Shown here in pieces: positions 1-12,248 of a stretch of DNA of 64,000 nt. The stretch is from Convolutriloba macropyga (Eukaryota). Within the stretch, counting starts at the first letter, position 1, and each line of letters begins with the position of its first letter. The position numbers and the translations under genes were made by a program. Location: contig NC_134476.1 of NCBI RefSeq assembly GCF_964194025.1, positions 52,204,001-52,268,000 of the forward strand. Reading direction: 5' to 3'. The notes under the pieces were generated by a model, which saw nothing but the letters and a program-made list of their open reading frames with translations, was not told the DNA's origin and did no database searches.

Positions 1-61
1 GCATTTGATATCGGATTGAGTTTGATCTGTTCTGCACGCAAAGGTCTTCTGGCTTTGTTGT

Positions 62-3000
62 TTAGCCTTCTGAATGAATTTCTCGACATAACAAAAAATT
101 CGAACCAGTTTTGCAAACGAGGATATTCGATGAATTAGCTGAACTATAGAGTTGTTCTCCTGAGTAACAACCATTGTCGTTTGCTTCAGTGTTTCTCGTT
201 GCACTTCGTTGTTCACTCCGGATTGATGTTCCTCTATTGATTCCGCCTTCGGCCAATAATCTTTGCTTTTTTTTCTAGCCAGTGGGCTCCATTCAACCAA
301 AGGCTGTGTTTGACTAGGTTTGCGACCGAAATCCCTCGTGATGCGCCATCATCAGGATTCTCCTCCGTCGGCACAAAATTCCAATTTTCTGGATGGAATA
401 ATGTTTTGGATTTTTGCAACACGGTTGGCAACGAATGTCTTCCACTTTCTTGTAAATTCTTGCAGCCAAGCAAGTGTTACCATTGAATCTGTCCAAGCGT
501 ACACCTTTGGTGTCGGAAGACGTTGATCGCTCAAAGATGATGATACCGTTATCACCAAATTTGCTCTAAGAAGTGCTGCACAAAGTTCCAGCCGGGGAAC
601 GCACAAGCTCCTTATTGGTGCAACTCTGGTCTTTGCTGACAACATTCTTGTGTGAACCGATCGGTCGAAATATTGTCGTATATACACAACTGCTGCGTCG
701 GCTGTAGTTGATGCATCACAGAAGACGTGAAGTTCAGTGTCCGATGATGCTGGTGAGATCGAAATTACCTTCCTTGTCAGTGTAATATTTTCCAATTCCC
801 TCAGTTGAACTGTGAGTCGGCTGTACTGTTGCGGAAGACCTTTCGACAAAGCTTTGTCCCATCAAAGTCGGTTCATCCAAAGCAGTTGTACAAAAGTCTT
901 GAACTGTATTATTGTAGGTGAAAGCCATCCCAAAGGATCAAAGAGCCGGGTGACTTCCGACAGTATTTCGCGTTTTGTAGATGGTGTTTTTTTTGTCCAG
1001 TTTTGCTGTGAAACTGAAGTGGTCTGGATTTGGGTTCCACTTGACGCCTAAAGTTTTTATACTGTAGTCGTCGCTTTTAATTGTCATCTCGTCGGTAGCT
1101 TCTCGAAAGTTTGCAGGTAATCTTTCAACAAGTTCTACGTTACTTGAAGTCCATTTGGGAATCTCAAACCCTGCTTCTGAAAGAACTGCTATGGTTGGGT
1201 CCTGCAGTTTCATTGAACTTTCCAGATCGGGTGCTCCTGTCAACAAGTCGTCGACGTACATGTCTGTCCTGATTCCTAGCTCTACATTTTTGTCCGTAAC
1301 ACCTTCCGTTAAAACCTGTAATGGACGAACAGAATGGAACGCTGATGATGCTATTGCGTACGTGACACGTGTCATTCTTAATGTCTTTATATCTGTTGAG
1401 TTCGGTTCCTGTCAAAGTAGTTGATGATAGTCGTTATTTTCGGCATCCAGTTGCACTTGTTTGCACATTTTTGCAATGTCTGCTGAAAGGACAACAGGAT
1501 ACATACGGAAACGGTTCAAGATGCTGCAGAGATCTTTCTGGATCTTGGGTCTCACCATCAGTCTATCGTTCAAAGAAATTCCACTGGTAGTCTTCGCTGA
1601 ACCATCAAAGACTACACGCAGCTTCGTTGTTGTACTTGAGTCTTTGAACACACAGGGATGGCTGAGATAATAGCTTTCCTTCTTTGACAGTAGCATCTTA
1701 TTTGCGGGTACTTCCTCCATGTGTCCTAGTTTAATGAACTCCTGTATGAACTCGTTATATCGTCTGTACAGATCAGGCTGTTTTTGAAGCCTATGAAGGA
1801 GACTTCTAATTCTTCGTCGTGCTTGCTACAGAGAATCCCCATGTTCTCCAAATTCTTTCATAAAGAGCAGTTTTACGATGAAACTTCCTTCAGGCCTTCT
1901 TCTTGTGGTTGAATTTAAGTGTTCTTCACATCTTCTTTCTTCGTCGGTCAGATGTTTAGTTGCAGGCACTTCCTCAATTTCCCAAAAACGCTGTAAGTTG
2001 TCCTCAAATGATGATACAAAGCAGGTTTGCAAACTGGAAGAATTGGAAGTTTGCACGTTTTCGCGTCCGATTACTAACCAACCGTATACTGAGAGTCGAT
2101 AAGTAACGGGAATGTTTGGTTCTTTCAGTCGGTTAATTCCAACCATCAAGTCTTCTTAGTGTCCAGCTCAAATGCTGAGATCAACTTGGGTTGGTTTGTT
2201 AAAGTCGGGATCAACCAACCGTAGTTCCTTTACTGTCTCTCAATTGTCTCTGTTGATGTACCGAGAAGGTAAATCGTTTTTCATTTTTGTCAAAACTGAC
2301 GCGTCAATGATAATTTGTGCTTTGTTTTTTGGCTGAAGGCAAAGGTCAACAAATCTGCGATTAGCTGAGACTTCATTTCCTCCGAGTCCAAAAACACGAG
2401 TATTGTTCCTCTTTCTCTTTAGCTGAAGTCTTTGTACTGCAGCTTCAGTTACAAGATTATTCTGAGATGCAGAGTCCAGAATTGCTCGCAGATATACGAT
2501 TTCCCCTTTTACATTAACAGGAACAATTGCTGTCTTGAGAAAAATTTCATGTGTCTTGTCTTCATGCGTGAGAGCTGCTGTTATCTTTTGATCGATAGTT
2601 GTTTGTTCAGAATTAATGCTTGAAGCTCCAGATGTAACCTTTTCCTTTTTCCCTGCGTTGGCTTTGCGGCTTTTTCCAAACAATTTTTTCACGTGATTGA
2701 TGACTTGATGGGCATTTTTCGATGCAACAAGGTGTGATGCTTTCTTCCACATTGGCGGCATGAAGAACCTCCGCAGTTCTCTGCTCGGTGTCCTGGTCGT
2801 ACACAATTGAAACAAAGTCCTTTGATTTTGATCAGCTGGGCTCGCTCCATGACACCTAAAACTTTGAACTGCCCAAATTTGAAAGTCCGGTGTTCCTCTT
2901 CACAACATTCGCATTGCTGATTCGTTGTCGTGACATGAGTGTGAAGTTCTTTCTGTCCTTGATTTTGTTGCGAATGTGATCGCTCTTCGATATTTGATGA

Positions 3001-3956
3001 ACTGTTGCTGCTGACTCCAAGGCTTGAACACGTTCCTCCAGGAAAGTGCTTAGTTCCTGATAGCTCTATAGTCCTTTCCCTTTGAAGAAAGCTCCCAAAA
3101 CCTTCGTGTTTTGGAGGGCAGTTTTTCTGCAATCAAGTAGACAAAGAAGGGGTCCTGATGCTCAACTGGTTGTCCCATGTTCCGAAGAGAAAGTCTGTGC
3201 TCTTCCATTGTGTCGACAAGTTTTTGTAATTCCTGCGTGTTTTCAGTTGAGACTGGTCGATAGGAAACAATCCCATGGATGTGGGCTCGCAGTATCAATC
3301 TTTTGTTGTCGTATCGGTTCTGCAAAATTTTCATTGCAATATTGAAGTTGTCGTCGGTGACTGTGATTGAAGTTCGAAGCTTCTACTCAGCTTCGAAGCT
3401 TCTACTTCCACTGCTGACTTCAGGTACTGTAATCTCAAACTGTTTGTCAACTGATCGTTATCTATTACTGCTCTCTTGAAGCGATCGAAAAACGAGATCC
3501 AGTCCAAGTAGTTTCCGGAAAAACGGGGCAAATCGAGCTTCGGCAGATTAATGTTCTGCAAATTTCTCGAAATCGTGGTGTTTCCGGCTGCAAATGAGCT
3601 CTCTTGTGACAAGTTTCTAGTCTTTCGACGAACAAACCGATAAACATAGTCAATGTTTTGGCATTTCTTGTCATCGTACTCCTCTGTATCAACAATTTCA
3701 TCGTTCAAGTTGTCGGGATCATCAAAAGAGACTGAACCTTCTGGTTCTGCTCAGATAGGAAGGCCTGCTTCTTCTTCAAAAATTCAACTATCTGCTGCAG
3801 TTGGATAGGGTCGTCTTCATTGAGAAGTGTGAACGGTTTGTTCATTATGCCGTCTGCTTCATTGTAGAGGTTTGTTGCAACTCCTCCATGAGCTCCACCC
3901 GACTTTCGACGAAGTTCTAGATTTTCTGGCATATTTCTGATGTGTTGCTGTCTCAC
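62..3956 (-). pseudogene. Disrupted gag-pol polyprotein of the BEL/Pao element
   Basis: Domains are spread over many ORF fragments in different frames, separated by stops and frameshifts. Confidence 0.9.
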
Positions 3957-4490
3957 TGTTCTTTGCTTTGCTTTTGATGCTGTTCTTTAGTTGTATTCTC
4001 TGGCTGGCTATATTCTTTGTCTTTATCAATTGCTGTAAATCTTTGTGGCTAAAAACTCAGAAAACAAGTTAGAATAGCGTGAAAATCGTAAATATAGGGT
4101 TGTATCTATCCCCCCAGAAAAAGTGCGGCCAGGTTTAACGCTCGAACTTAGTCTTAGTACTTCAGGGGGCAAAGTAAGCTAACAAAAACCGAGTTTTCGA
4201 TGAGAACTAGAGAGAGAGATTGACTTCCCCTGAAGTTTTTCAAAAAATATGCAGAATCTTGAGTATACAGTTACCCCACTAGATATCCTCTACCGGGACC
4301 CTTGGTTGGGTTAATAAACCTAGTTATACAAGGTAATCATCTTGAATAACATGTGGGGGGATGATGGTATCTAGTGGGGGGTCCGCATTCAATTTCCCTT
4401 TAAGTTTCCCCTTTTTAGGATATCAGCAAATATTTGAGAGAGTGAATGCTTTGGATGCTTAATGCTTTGACTATTTTATCGTTAACCTAT

Positions 4491-4504
4491 TTTTCGGCGG
4501 ACCA
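4491..4504 (-). promoter_or_regulatory. Putative primer-binding site of the BEL element
   Basis: Minus strand reads LTR end CGCAACA, then TTTAA, then TGGTCCGCCGAAAA; TGGTCC just after the 5' LTR is the usual BEL PBS start. Confidence 0.7.
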
Positions 4505-4509
4505 TTAAA

Positions 4510-4707
4510 TGTTGCGTCGCAACAGTTATTTTTGTTAATTAGACTTGCTTTAAACGCTTTAAAGACTTAAATGCTTTATGCTTAAGAAAAACTCAAGCTC
4601 GAAAGGAAACAAGTGTTTGTGATAAAATCAGATGAAATTATGATTTCTTAGTTCAAATCACGTGGTACTTTATTGTTGCATTTGTTGCAGATTTCATATT
4701 GAATTGA
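4510..4707 (-). repeat. 5' LTR of the BEL element, outer ~50 bp missing
   Basis: About 9 differences in ~198 bp versus the solo LTR (5459-5586 + 11178-11296); similarity ends after GAATTGA at ~4707; adjoins the PBS. Confidence 0.85.
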
Positions 4708-5929
4708 GTCCGGTCAAAAATGTCAAAAAAGAATCCGGAAAGATCATACAACAAGTACGAAGGAAAAGGTATACCAAGAGACGGCCACAGAAGTTGTCAA
4801 AATGTTCGAGGAACGCAACAGGCTAAAGTTAACTGACCTTCTTCCAGAGATTGCCAGACTGAACATAGAGATAATAACAGATAGACTTAAACCATCACAG
4901 GAAAAAAGGAGGGACTTTGTCAGTGAGCTAGGTGGGTGAAAAAAGACTTCCAAACTTTTCAATGATCTGAATGCTATGAAAGGCATGAAAATTGAACTCC
5001 AACATTAACCAGGCTACTAATTGCACTGGCAAATCAATTAGTGACAACAACAAGAATGCTTAACTGTCCAATAATCAGTTCTCACAGGTCGCCAGGCAAA
5101 CTTCATCTCGGGAGTCAAGAGAAGTACATCCTAGACTCCGTAACTTGCCCGAAGCGAAATCGATTTTTTCAACGGGAAGGAAACAGAGGAAGCCATTAAT
5201 AGCTGCAAAAATCAAAACAGGATAGGTCCGGATGTCATATCCACTTCTCAAACATCTGGTTGAACTGGATATTAGCAATCTCAAAGAAGTGTTCAATGCA
5301 TGCAAGATCGCAGCTATATGGAAAACACCGACGAGATTTCTCTTACTGAAACCCGTTAAGCCTCCTAATGTTTCAAGTTTCTATAGACCGGTATCATTTA
5401 GACGGGTACTACCACTTTTAGACATCAACGAAAACTGCCCAAAATCCTCCTTTCATAATGTTGCGTCGCAACACTTATTTTTGCTAATTAGACTTGCTTT
5501 AAACGCTTTAAAGACTTAAATGCTTTATGCTTAAGAAGAACTCAAGCTCATAAGGAAACAAGTGTTTTTGATAAAATCAGATGAAATTAGCAGGCCCGCA
5601 AAAGCATCACAGAAAATCATTTTAAAAAATAGAAGGTTAAAAATTCAGACCTTTGCATCACCTGGGCTGGAATTTATGCCCCTCGTTCAAAAGCAATAGG
5701 CACAGCGTTTCGCTACCGATGTGTTTGGTTTGTGTATATAACCCCTAAGTGCCAACAATTTTTTGTCCAACGACGGTTTTGGCTTTGCCATCTTGAATAT
5801 TTAAGAAGCATTAAGACTTCTACAGACAACAAGATTATACATGGTGGCATAGCGTAACTCATGCTATACGTTAGGCTGCATGTTTAAGGAGCGTTTATAA
5901 CATGCAATGATACGGAGCTTAAACATTCG

Positions 5930-8900
5930 AAATTAAAAAAAGAAAAAGAAACGAAAGAGAAAAAAACAGAGGAAAGAGAGAAAACAAAGGCAGAAAAAAA
6001 GAACAGGAAAGAGATAAAATGAGAAAATGAGAGAATATAGAAAAAAACGGAACAGAAGAGATTACAGAGAAATGAAAGACAAAAAAGACAAATGAAAGGG
6101 GAGAAGCGAAAAAGATACGAAAAAAGAGAAAAAAAAACAGACAAAAAAGAGAGAGAAAAGAAAGAGTAAAAAAGAGAAAGAAATCGAGAAACAAATGACA
6201 GAAAAGAGTGAAAAGAAGAAGAGAAAAGCAAGAGAAAATGAAAAGCCGCAAAAAGCCGGGGAAAATGAAAGCAAAAAGCGACAAAAAGAGAAACAAAACA
6301 GAGACAGAGGAGAGAAAAGAAAGAGAAAAGGAAGATAGAGAAAGAGAAAAAACAAGAGATGAAAGAAGAAGAGAAAAAGTAAGAAACGGAAGGGAAAAGC
6401 GAGACATAAAAAAAAGACAAAGGAAAAGAGAAAAAAAGCGAAAAGAAAGATAAACGAAAGACATGACAAAAAAACAGAAAGAAGAGCAAAACATCAAGAT
6501 AGAAAGAGATGAGACAGAAAAGGCAGAAAAACGAAAGAGAAAAAAAATTGAAGAGAAAAGCAAATCAGAAAAGAAGAAGAAAAAGAGAAAGAGAGAAAGG
6601 CAAGAGAAAAATAGAGAAAAGCACAGGAGAAAAACAGAAAACAGAAATGAAAGATCGAGGAAAAATAGAGAAACGAAAGAAAAAAAGAAGGGCAAAGAAA
6701 AAGAAGAGAGAAGAAAAAGACACGAAAGAAAAAAAGCAGAAAAGAAGAACAGAAAAGAAAAAAAGAAAAGAAAGAGACAAGAAAGAACAAAATGACAGAG
6801 AGAAAAGAAAAGAACAAAGCAAGACAAAAAAGGCAGGGAGAAAAAAAGAGCGGATAGCAAAAAAAAAACAAAAAGCGAGAGACAGAAAAACAGAAAGGAA
6901 AGAGAAAAGAACAAAAAATTGAAGAAAAAAACGAAAGAGAGGAATAGAAGAGAAAAAAAGAGAGAGAAGAATGAAAAACAAATGCAAAAAAGAACAGAAA
7001 AGAAAAAGAGAAAAGAAAAGAAAAAAGGAGAAAAGGAAGAAAGAAAAGAGGAAGGCAGAAAAATGAACAGAAAAAAAAAGAAACGAACGAGAAAAGTAAG
7101 GAAAAGAAAAAAGCAAAAAAAGGGGAAAAAGACAGAAACAAAAGACAGAAAAGAGAGAAAACCCGAAAAAAAAGAAAGAAAAGCAAGAGAGAAAAGAAAG
7201 ACAGCAAAGATAGAGAAAAGCAAGAGATAGAAAAGGAGACATTTGAAAGAACGAAAAGAAAGGCAGAGAAAGAAGAAACAATATAAAAAAGAAAGGCTCA
7301 AAAGAACAGAAAGAAAGGAAAAAGAAAGACAAAAACCAAGGACAAAAAAATAAAGAGAAAAACAAGAGAGAAAAAAGGCAAAAGAACGGGAAAAGTAGAG
7401 ATAAAGAAAAAACGGAAAGGAGAGAGAAAAGAACGAATAAAAAACAAACAAACTTAAAGGAGGAACAAAAGAGAATAGGAAAGAAAGGTAGAAAATGAAC
7501 GGAAAAGAAAAACAGAGATCAGAAAGTGAAAAAGGAGAAAAAACAAAAGGGAAGAAAGGCAACAAAAGAAGAAAGGTAGAAAGGCAAAAAGGAGAAGAAC
7601 ACAAAATAAAGAGGGAAAAGAAAAGAGCAAAAAAAAAAAGAAACCAAAGACCGGAAAGAGAAAGGCCAGAGACAGAAAAACGAGAAAGAAAAGAGAGCAA
7701 AGAAAGATTAAAAAAGACAGACAAAAACGAAAGAGAAAAGAAAATGAAAATAAAGAGAAACGCAAAAGAGAAAAAAAGCAGAAAGAAGGAACAGAAAGGG
7801 ACGAGAAAAACAGCAAGCGAGAAAAGAAGAGAAAAAAAAGAAAAAAGAAAAAATGCCGAGAAACGAAAGAAAAAAAAGATAAGGACAGAAAAGAGAGAGA
7901 AAAAGAAACGATGCAGAGAAAAGAGACAGAAGCCGAATATAGAGTAGGAAGGAAGAGAAAAGGCTTAAGAAAAGTAGAAAAGAAAGAGAAAAGCGAGAAA
8001 GAAAAAACGGAAAGGAAAGCGAAAAGAACAAAATCCTAAAAGCGAAATTGAGGAACGAAAGAGAGAAGGATTAGAAAGAATAGAAGGTTAAAAAGAAAAA
8101 CTAGAAGGTTAAAAAGGAAAAAAGCAAAGAAACGAAAAAAGACAGAAAGAACAGCAAAATGAGAGAAGAAACAAAAGAGAAAAGGGAACAAAAAAGAAAG
8201 AGATAGACAGAAAGGGAATAGAAAAGAAAGCGAAAAGAAATAAAGAAGCGAAAGAGAAGAGATAGAGAAGAGAGACAGAAAGGAACGAGAAAAAGGCTAG
8301 AGATAAATTGAAAAACAGAAAACACGACAGAAAAGACAGAAACGAAAAAATACAAAGAAGATAAGGAGAGAAAAGAAAGCGAGAAACGAAAATCAGAAGA
8401 AAAAGAGGAAGAAAAAGAAAGAGAAAAACAAGAGAAAAATGGAGAGTAAAAAGACAGAAAAGAAAGAGAAAAGGAAACAATACAGAGTAAAGAGAAAAAT
8501 AAAAGATAAAGAAGAAAGAAAAGAAATAGCAGAAAAAGGCAAAAATGAGAAAAAGAGGAAAACAGAGAGGAATGCCAAAAGAACAAAATACTAAAGAAAA
8601 AATGAAAAATAATAAAAAAAAGAAAGGAAAAGAAGAAAAAACGAATAGAAAACGAAAAAAGCAAAAAACAAAGAAACAAGAGGAGAAACGCAGAAAGGAG
8701 AAGAAAAAAGGAGGAAAAAAGAAAAAAGAAAGGAAAAGAACAGAAATGAAAGCAAGAAAAGGAACAGACAAGAAAGACAACCAAAAAACAAGAAAAAGAG
8801 AAAAGGATATAAAAAGATAAACAGAAAGGAAAGAGAAACGACAGCGGAACGAAAGAGAAAAAGCGAAAGAGAGAAAATAAAGAAAAGAAATACAATGAAA

Positions 8901-9915
8901 GGAGAAAAGAAAGACAGAGAAAAAAAGACAGGGAAACCAAAGAAAGAAGACAGACAAATGAAGAGACAGCAAAAAAAAACAGGAGAGAAAGAGAGAGAGA
9001 AGGAAAATTGAGCGAAAAAACACGAAAAGACAAAAGAGAAACAAATCAGAGAATAAAAGAAAGACACGAAATTGAGAGTGAGAAAAAAAGAAAGAGATAG
9101 ACGAAAAGAAGAAAAAGAGACCAGAAAAAAAGATAGAGAAACAAGAGAGAAAAAAAAGAAACGACAGAAAAGAAAGGCAGAACAAAAGAACAGAAAAGGC
9201 AGAACAGAAAAGATAAAAAATAACAAAGAAAGACAAAAAAAGACAGAATAGAAAGAGACAACCGAGAGAGAAGAAAAAGAGAAAAAACAGAAACTGAAGA
9301 GAGGAAAGAGAGAAGAACAAAAGAGGGCATAACGAAAGACAGAAATGCAGAAAAAAACAGGAAAAAAGCGACAGAAAAAACAGAAGAGAAAAAGACAAAA
9401 GAAAGACGAAAGAAAGACAGAGAGCTAAAACATAAAAGAGAAAAGCAAGAGATAAACGAAAGAGGGAAAAGAAAGAACAGAAAAAACAGACAAAAGAACT
9501 GAAAAAAAGAATAGAAAGAGAAAAGAAAGAAACAGAAGGGAGAACAGACAGAAAAGCGAGAGATAGGAGAGACAGAAAACAGCAACAGAGAAAAGAACGA
9601 CAGAAAAGAAAGAGAAAAGCAAGAGAAAAACAGAAAGGAAAAAAAGAGAAACTAAAGAGAAGCGGAAGTAAAGAGAAGCGGAAGTAAAGAGAAGCGGAAG
9701 AGGAACGACAAAAAAATTAAGACAAATAAAAAGAACAGAAAAGAAAGAGAGAGAAAAAAGACAAAAAACAGAAAAGACCGAGAAAGCATACAGAAAAGGA
9801 AGAAAGAAAAGAAAAGCGAAAGAGGGAGAAAAAAGAGCGAAAGAGAAGCAATACAAGAAAAATTAAAACGAAAGAGAAAAGATATACAGAAAAAGGCAAT
9901 AGAAAAAAACACACA
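5930..9915. repeat. ~4-kb aperiodic purine-rich (A/G) low-complexity tract inside the Helitron
   Basis: Plus strand is almost all A and G with sparse C and very rare T; only short local repeats (AGAAGCGGAAGTAAAG about x3 near 9658-9700; TAGAAGGTTAAAAAG x2 near 8080-8116). Confidence 0.95.
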
Positions 9916-10039
9916 AAAGCTTGACCATGTTGCATCTCTTTCTAGGTGTTTTACATTTCCTTATCATTTTTGCTATCATTTAAATGGACCATTCTTCATC
10001 TTCGATTTCATTTCGATAATTGACCTTTACTTAATCTTT

Positions 10040-10990
10040 GTTGTCAATATCAGTGATGCATTCGCAAATGTCATTCAAGGACTATTTTTGTGTGACATAT
10101 CTTTCAGTGATGGAATCATTTTTTATAATCGGGTTTTTAGTCATTGACCTATTTTTGCATCCGCATCGGTCGTTGACTTCTTTGGCACAGGCAGCTTTTC
10201 TTTCAATGAACTATTTTTGCATCCACGATTAATCAGTCATTGACTTTTACGGCATAGGTAGCTTTTCGGTCACAGACCGAAGTTTGGCAATGGCTAGTTT
10301 TCGGTCATTGACATTTTTCAAAAAGCATGCAAAACGATTTGGTGCATATTTAAGGCGCCTTAAAACATATGAAGATTATGACCTTGAAAATGTTGGTGTA
10401 GGTATTGGAGTTACGTTTAAAATATAGATGGAAGGTAGATAGAGAAGATAGATAGTGACAGGAGAGACATGGAGCACAAAAAAATATGAAAAGAGGAGAG
10501 ATTTTGAGAAAGGAGGAACGGTTGCAACGTTGTGGACAAAACTTTTGGTTGATTGAAATTTACTTAAAGAATCTTTATTTTCAATATCTGTGATGCATCG
10601 GCACAAGTTATTCAAGGACTATTTTTGTGTGATAAATTTTTCGGTGATGAAAATTTTTTTACAAGCAAATTTTCAGTCAATTTTCAGCAAATTTCAGTCA
10701 TCCGCAGTTTTTCTGTCGTTGACCTTTTTGGCACAGGCAGCATTTCGGTCAATGAAATATTTTTGCATCCACGGCTAATCAGTCATTGGTTTTATGACGT
10801 ACATAAGTTTACGGCCAGACACTGTTGTGGCAATGGCAAGTTTTCGGTCACTGATAGATAGATAGAAGATAAAAAGATAGATAGAGAAGATAGATAGTGT
10901 CAGGACAGACATGGAGCACGAAAAATGTGAAAAGAGGTGAGAATTGGAGGAAGGAGAAACGGTTGCAGCGTTAGTGTACAAAAATCCCGA
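10040..10990. repeat. Diverged two-copy tandem duplication (~0.5-kb unit) inside the Helitron
   Basis: CAATATC.GTGATGCAT...TTCAAGGACTATTTTTGTGTGA at ~10045 and ~10582; GATAGAGAAGATAGATAGTG.CAGGA.AGACATGGAGCAC at ~10438 and ~10880. Confidence 0.85.
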
Positions 10991-11004
10991 CAAAATACGC
11001 GACT

Positions 11005-11085
11005 CGCCTGCTCCTTAGCTCAACGCATTGCACTCCCGCTCCTCAACCCTTAGACCCCCGGTTCAAACCCGACTGTTGCCAGTCG
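11005..11085 (+). other. tRNA-derived (Pol III A/B-box-like) fragment inside the Helitron
   Basis: TAGCTCAACGC (11016-11026) and GGTTCAAACCC (11060-11070) at tRNA-like spacing; no complete cloverleaf. Confidence 0.5.
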
Positions 11086-11662
11086 TTTTCTCAGGAAACC
11101 ATGTTTAAGGGCCGTTATGTGAAGACTCGGAGCTTAAACATGGTGCCTTTTACGTCGACACTGAATTAATATATAGATTATGATTTCTTAGTTCAAATCA
11201 CGTGGTAATTTATTGTTGCATTTGTTGCAGATGTCATTTTGAATTGAAGTTTGAAGCGCTCGAAATATGAAGGTCAAAAGGATGTTTACCGCAACACATA
11301 ACATTTTCAAAAACGCTATTCAACGATTACAGCTCTAAACATCCTAAAGACTGATATCTCTAAGATATCTCTAAGGGGTTCACCAGAAAGAAACCAGCCC
11401 ACAGGACAAATATACTGCAAGTCGATATACTCCAACGATTCGATATGTTACTTCATAACGTGTTACTCCAAGACGTGATTGACGGCCCTTTAGACCCATG
11501 AATTGTCAATTGGTTTGTGTGTTATCACCATGGAAGAAAGTCCATGGTAGCGTTCTGAGACAGAGAACCAAAATGCGTCGACATTAGGTTCGGCGTGCCT
11601 CGGGGTGGAGTCCTATCACCCAATCTTTTCTGCGTTTACCTGGCAAAAATGTGATGTCCAGA

Positions 11663-12248
11663 CACCCGGGTCGAGATGTCAGCGCCGAATGCGCAGAAAT
11701 GCACTGAATGCGCAGAAAATATGTAAGACATGCGCTGAATGCGCTGAAATGCGCTGAAATTTCGAAATGGCGCTGAAACTTTAGAATTTCAGCGCACCTT
11801 CAATGCATTTCTCACACAATTTCAGTGCATTTTCATCTCATTTTTTACACAACTTTCAGCACCTTTTCAGTATATCGGCAGCGCATTTTTTACATGATTT
11901 CAGCGCATTTTCAGCACACTTCCTACATAAGTTTCAGCACATAATTTCATATCAAACGTTTTATTATCAAAAATTCAAATTAAATGGGAAGCATTTCAGA
12001 TCTCAATAGCGCAGTGGATTAATTGATAGATGAGACACAGTGGTCGGGGTTCGAGCCTCGGAGCGCAAGAAAAGAGCTGAACTTTATGAAATTTCAGCGG
12101 ATTTCAGCGCGTTTCTTACAAAATTTCAGCACTTTTCAGCGCATATCAGTGCACTATTATGTAGTGTTTTTGCGGTTAACTTTTTGAAAATTAAGCGCAT
12201 TTCAGCGCATTTCTAACAAAATTTTTGGATTTTTTCTCGACGCGAGCA
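11663..12248. mobile_element. Foldback/MITE-like insertion with internal GCGCTGAA subrepeats and a tRNA-like core
   Basis: Imperfect terminal IR CCCGGGTCGAGA / TCTCGACGCGAG; GCGCTGAAAT units in the left part and TTTCAGCGC units to the right; A box TAGCGCAGTGG (12007-12017) and B box GGTTCGAGCC (12048-12057); interrupts the host RT between the GVP.GG motif and the YADD-like motif. Confidence 0.65.

Larger units (their letters stand above)
1..4707 (-). mobile_element. BEL/Pao LTR retrotransposon, decayed; 3' part (integrase, 3' LTR) lies off the left edge
   Basis: Minus-strand frameshifted ORF pieces in BEL order: gag DUF1759-like LPKLDLPRFSGNYLDWISFFDRF (3331-3708), zinc knuckles CFNCVRPGHRAENC and CRQCGRKHHTLLH (2689-3132), protease ILDSASQ (2240-2815), RT KLRVVFDGSAK/ADIAKM/MYVDDLL (938-1720), RNase H/Pao LHVFCDAS, PRLELCAA, AWTDSMV, FVANRV (352-849). 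Confidence 0.95.
5587..11177 (-). mobile_element. Non-autonomous Helitron, 5.6 kb
   Basis: Minus strand starts TCTATATATTAATTC and ends GCGGGCCTGCTAA (CTRR) after a decayed hairpin CTGTGA-TGCT-TTTGCGGG; removing it restores the intact LTR sequence GAAATCATAA|TTTCATCTGAT exactly (A|T insertion, no TSD). No RepHel ORF. Confidence 0.82.
5459..11296 (-). mobile_element. BEL/Pao solo LTR (~247 bp when rejoined: 5459-5586 + 11178-11296), interrupted by a Helitron
   Basis: TGTTGCG...CGCAACA termini; exact 5-bp TSD CATAA at 5454-5458 and 11297-11301; the two halves rejoin to match the LTR at 4510. Confidence 0.9.

Noticed and set aside
4159-4385. Small inverted repeats in the BEL leader (ACTTCAGGGG/CCCCTGAAGT and CCCCACTAGATA/TATCTAGTGGGG)
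   Set aside because: Could be tiny MITEs or leader RNA structure, but there is no TSD or second copy in the window to decide.
5884-9935. Long F/L/S-rich minus-strand ORFs (up to 601 aa) and K/R/E-rich plus-strand ORFs
   Set aside because: Compositional artefacts: T is rare on + and A is rare on -, so stop codons are scarce in all frames; overlapping ORFs occur in every frame with no domain signal.
5586-11180. Apparent 4-bp TSD ATTA around the 5.6-kb insertion
   Set aside because: No TIRs or LTRs; the same bases are better explained as Helitron termini (TC...CTAA) inserted between A and T.
11690-12220. Short repeats with variable spacers resembling a CRISPR array (also 57590-58140)
   Set aside because: Eukaryotic context, degenerate units, irregular spacing and no cas genes.
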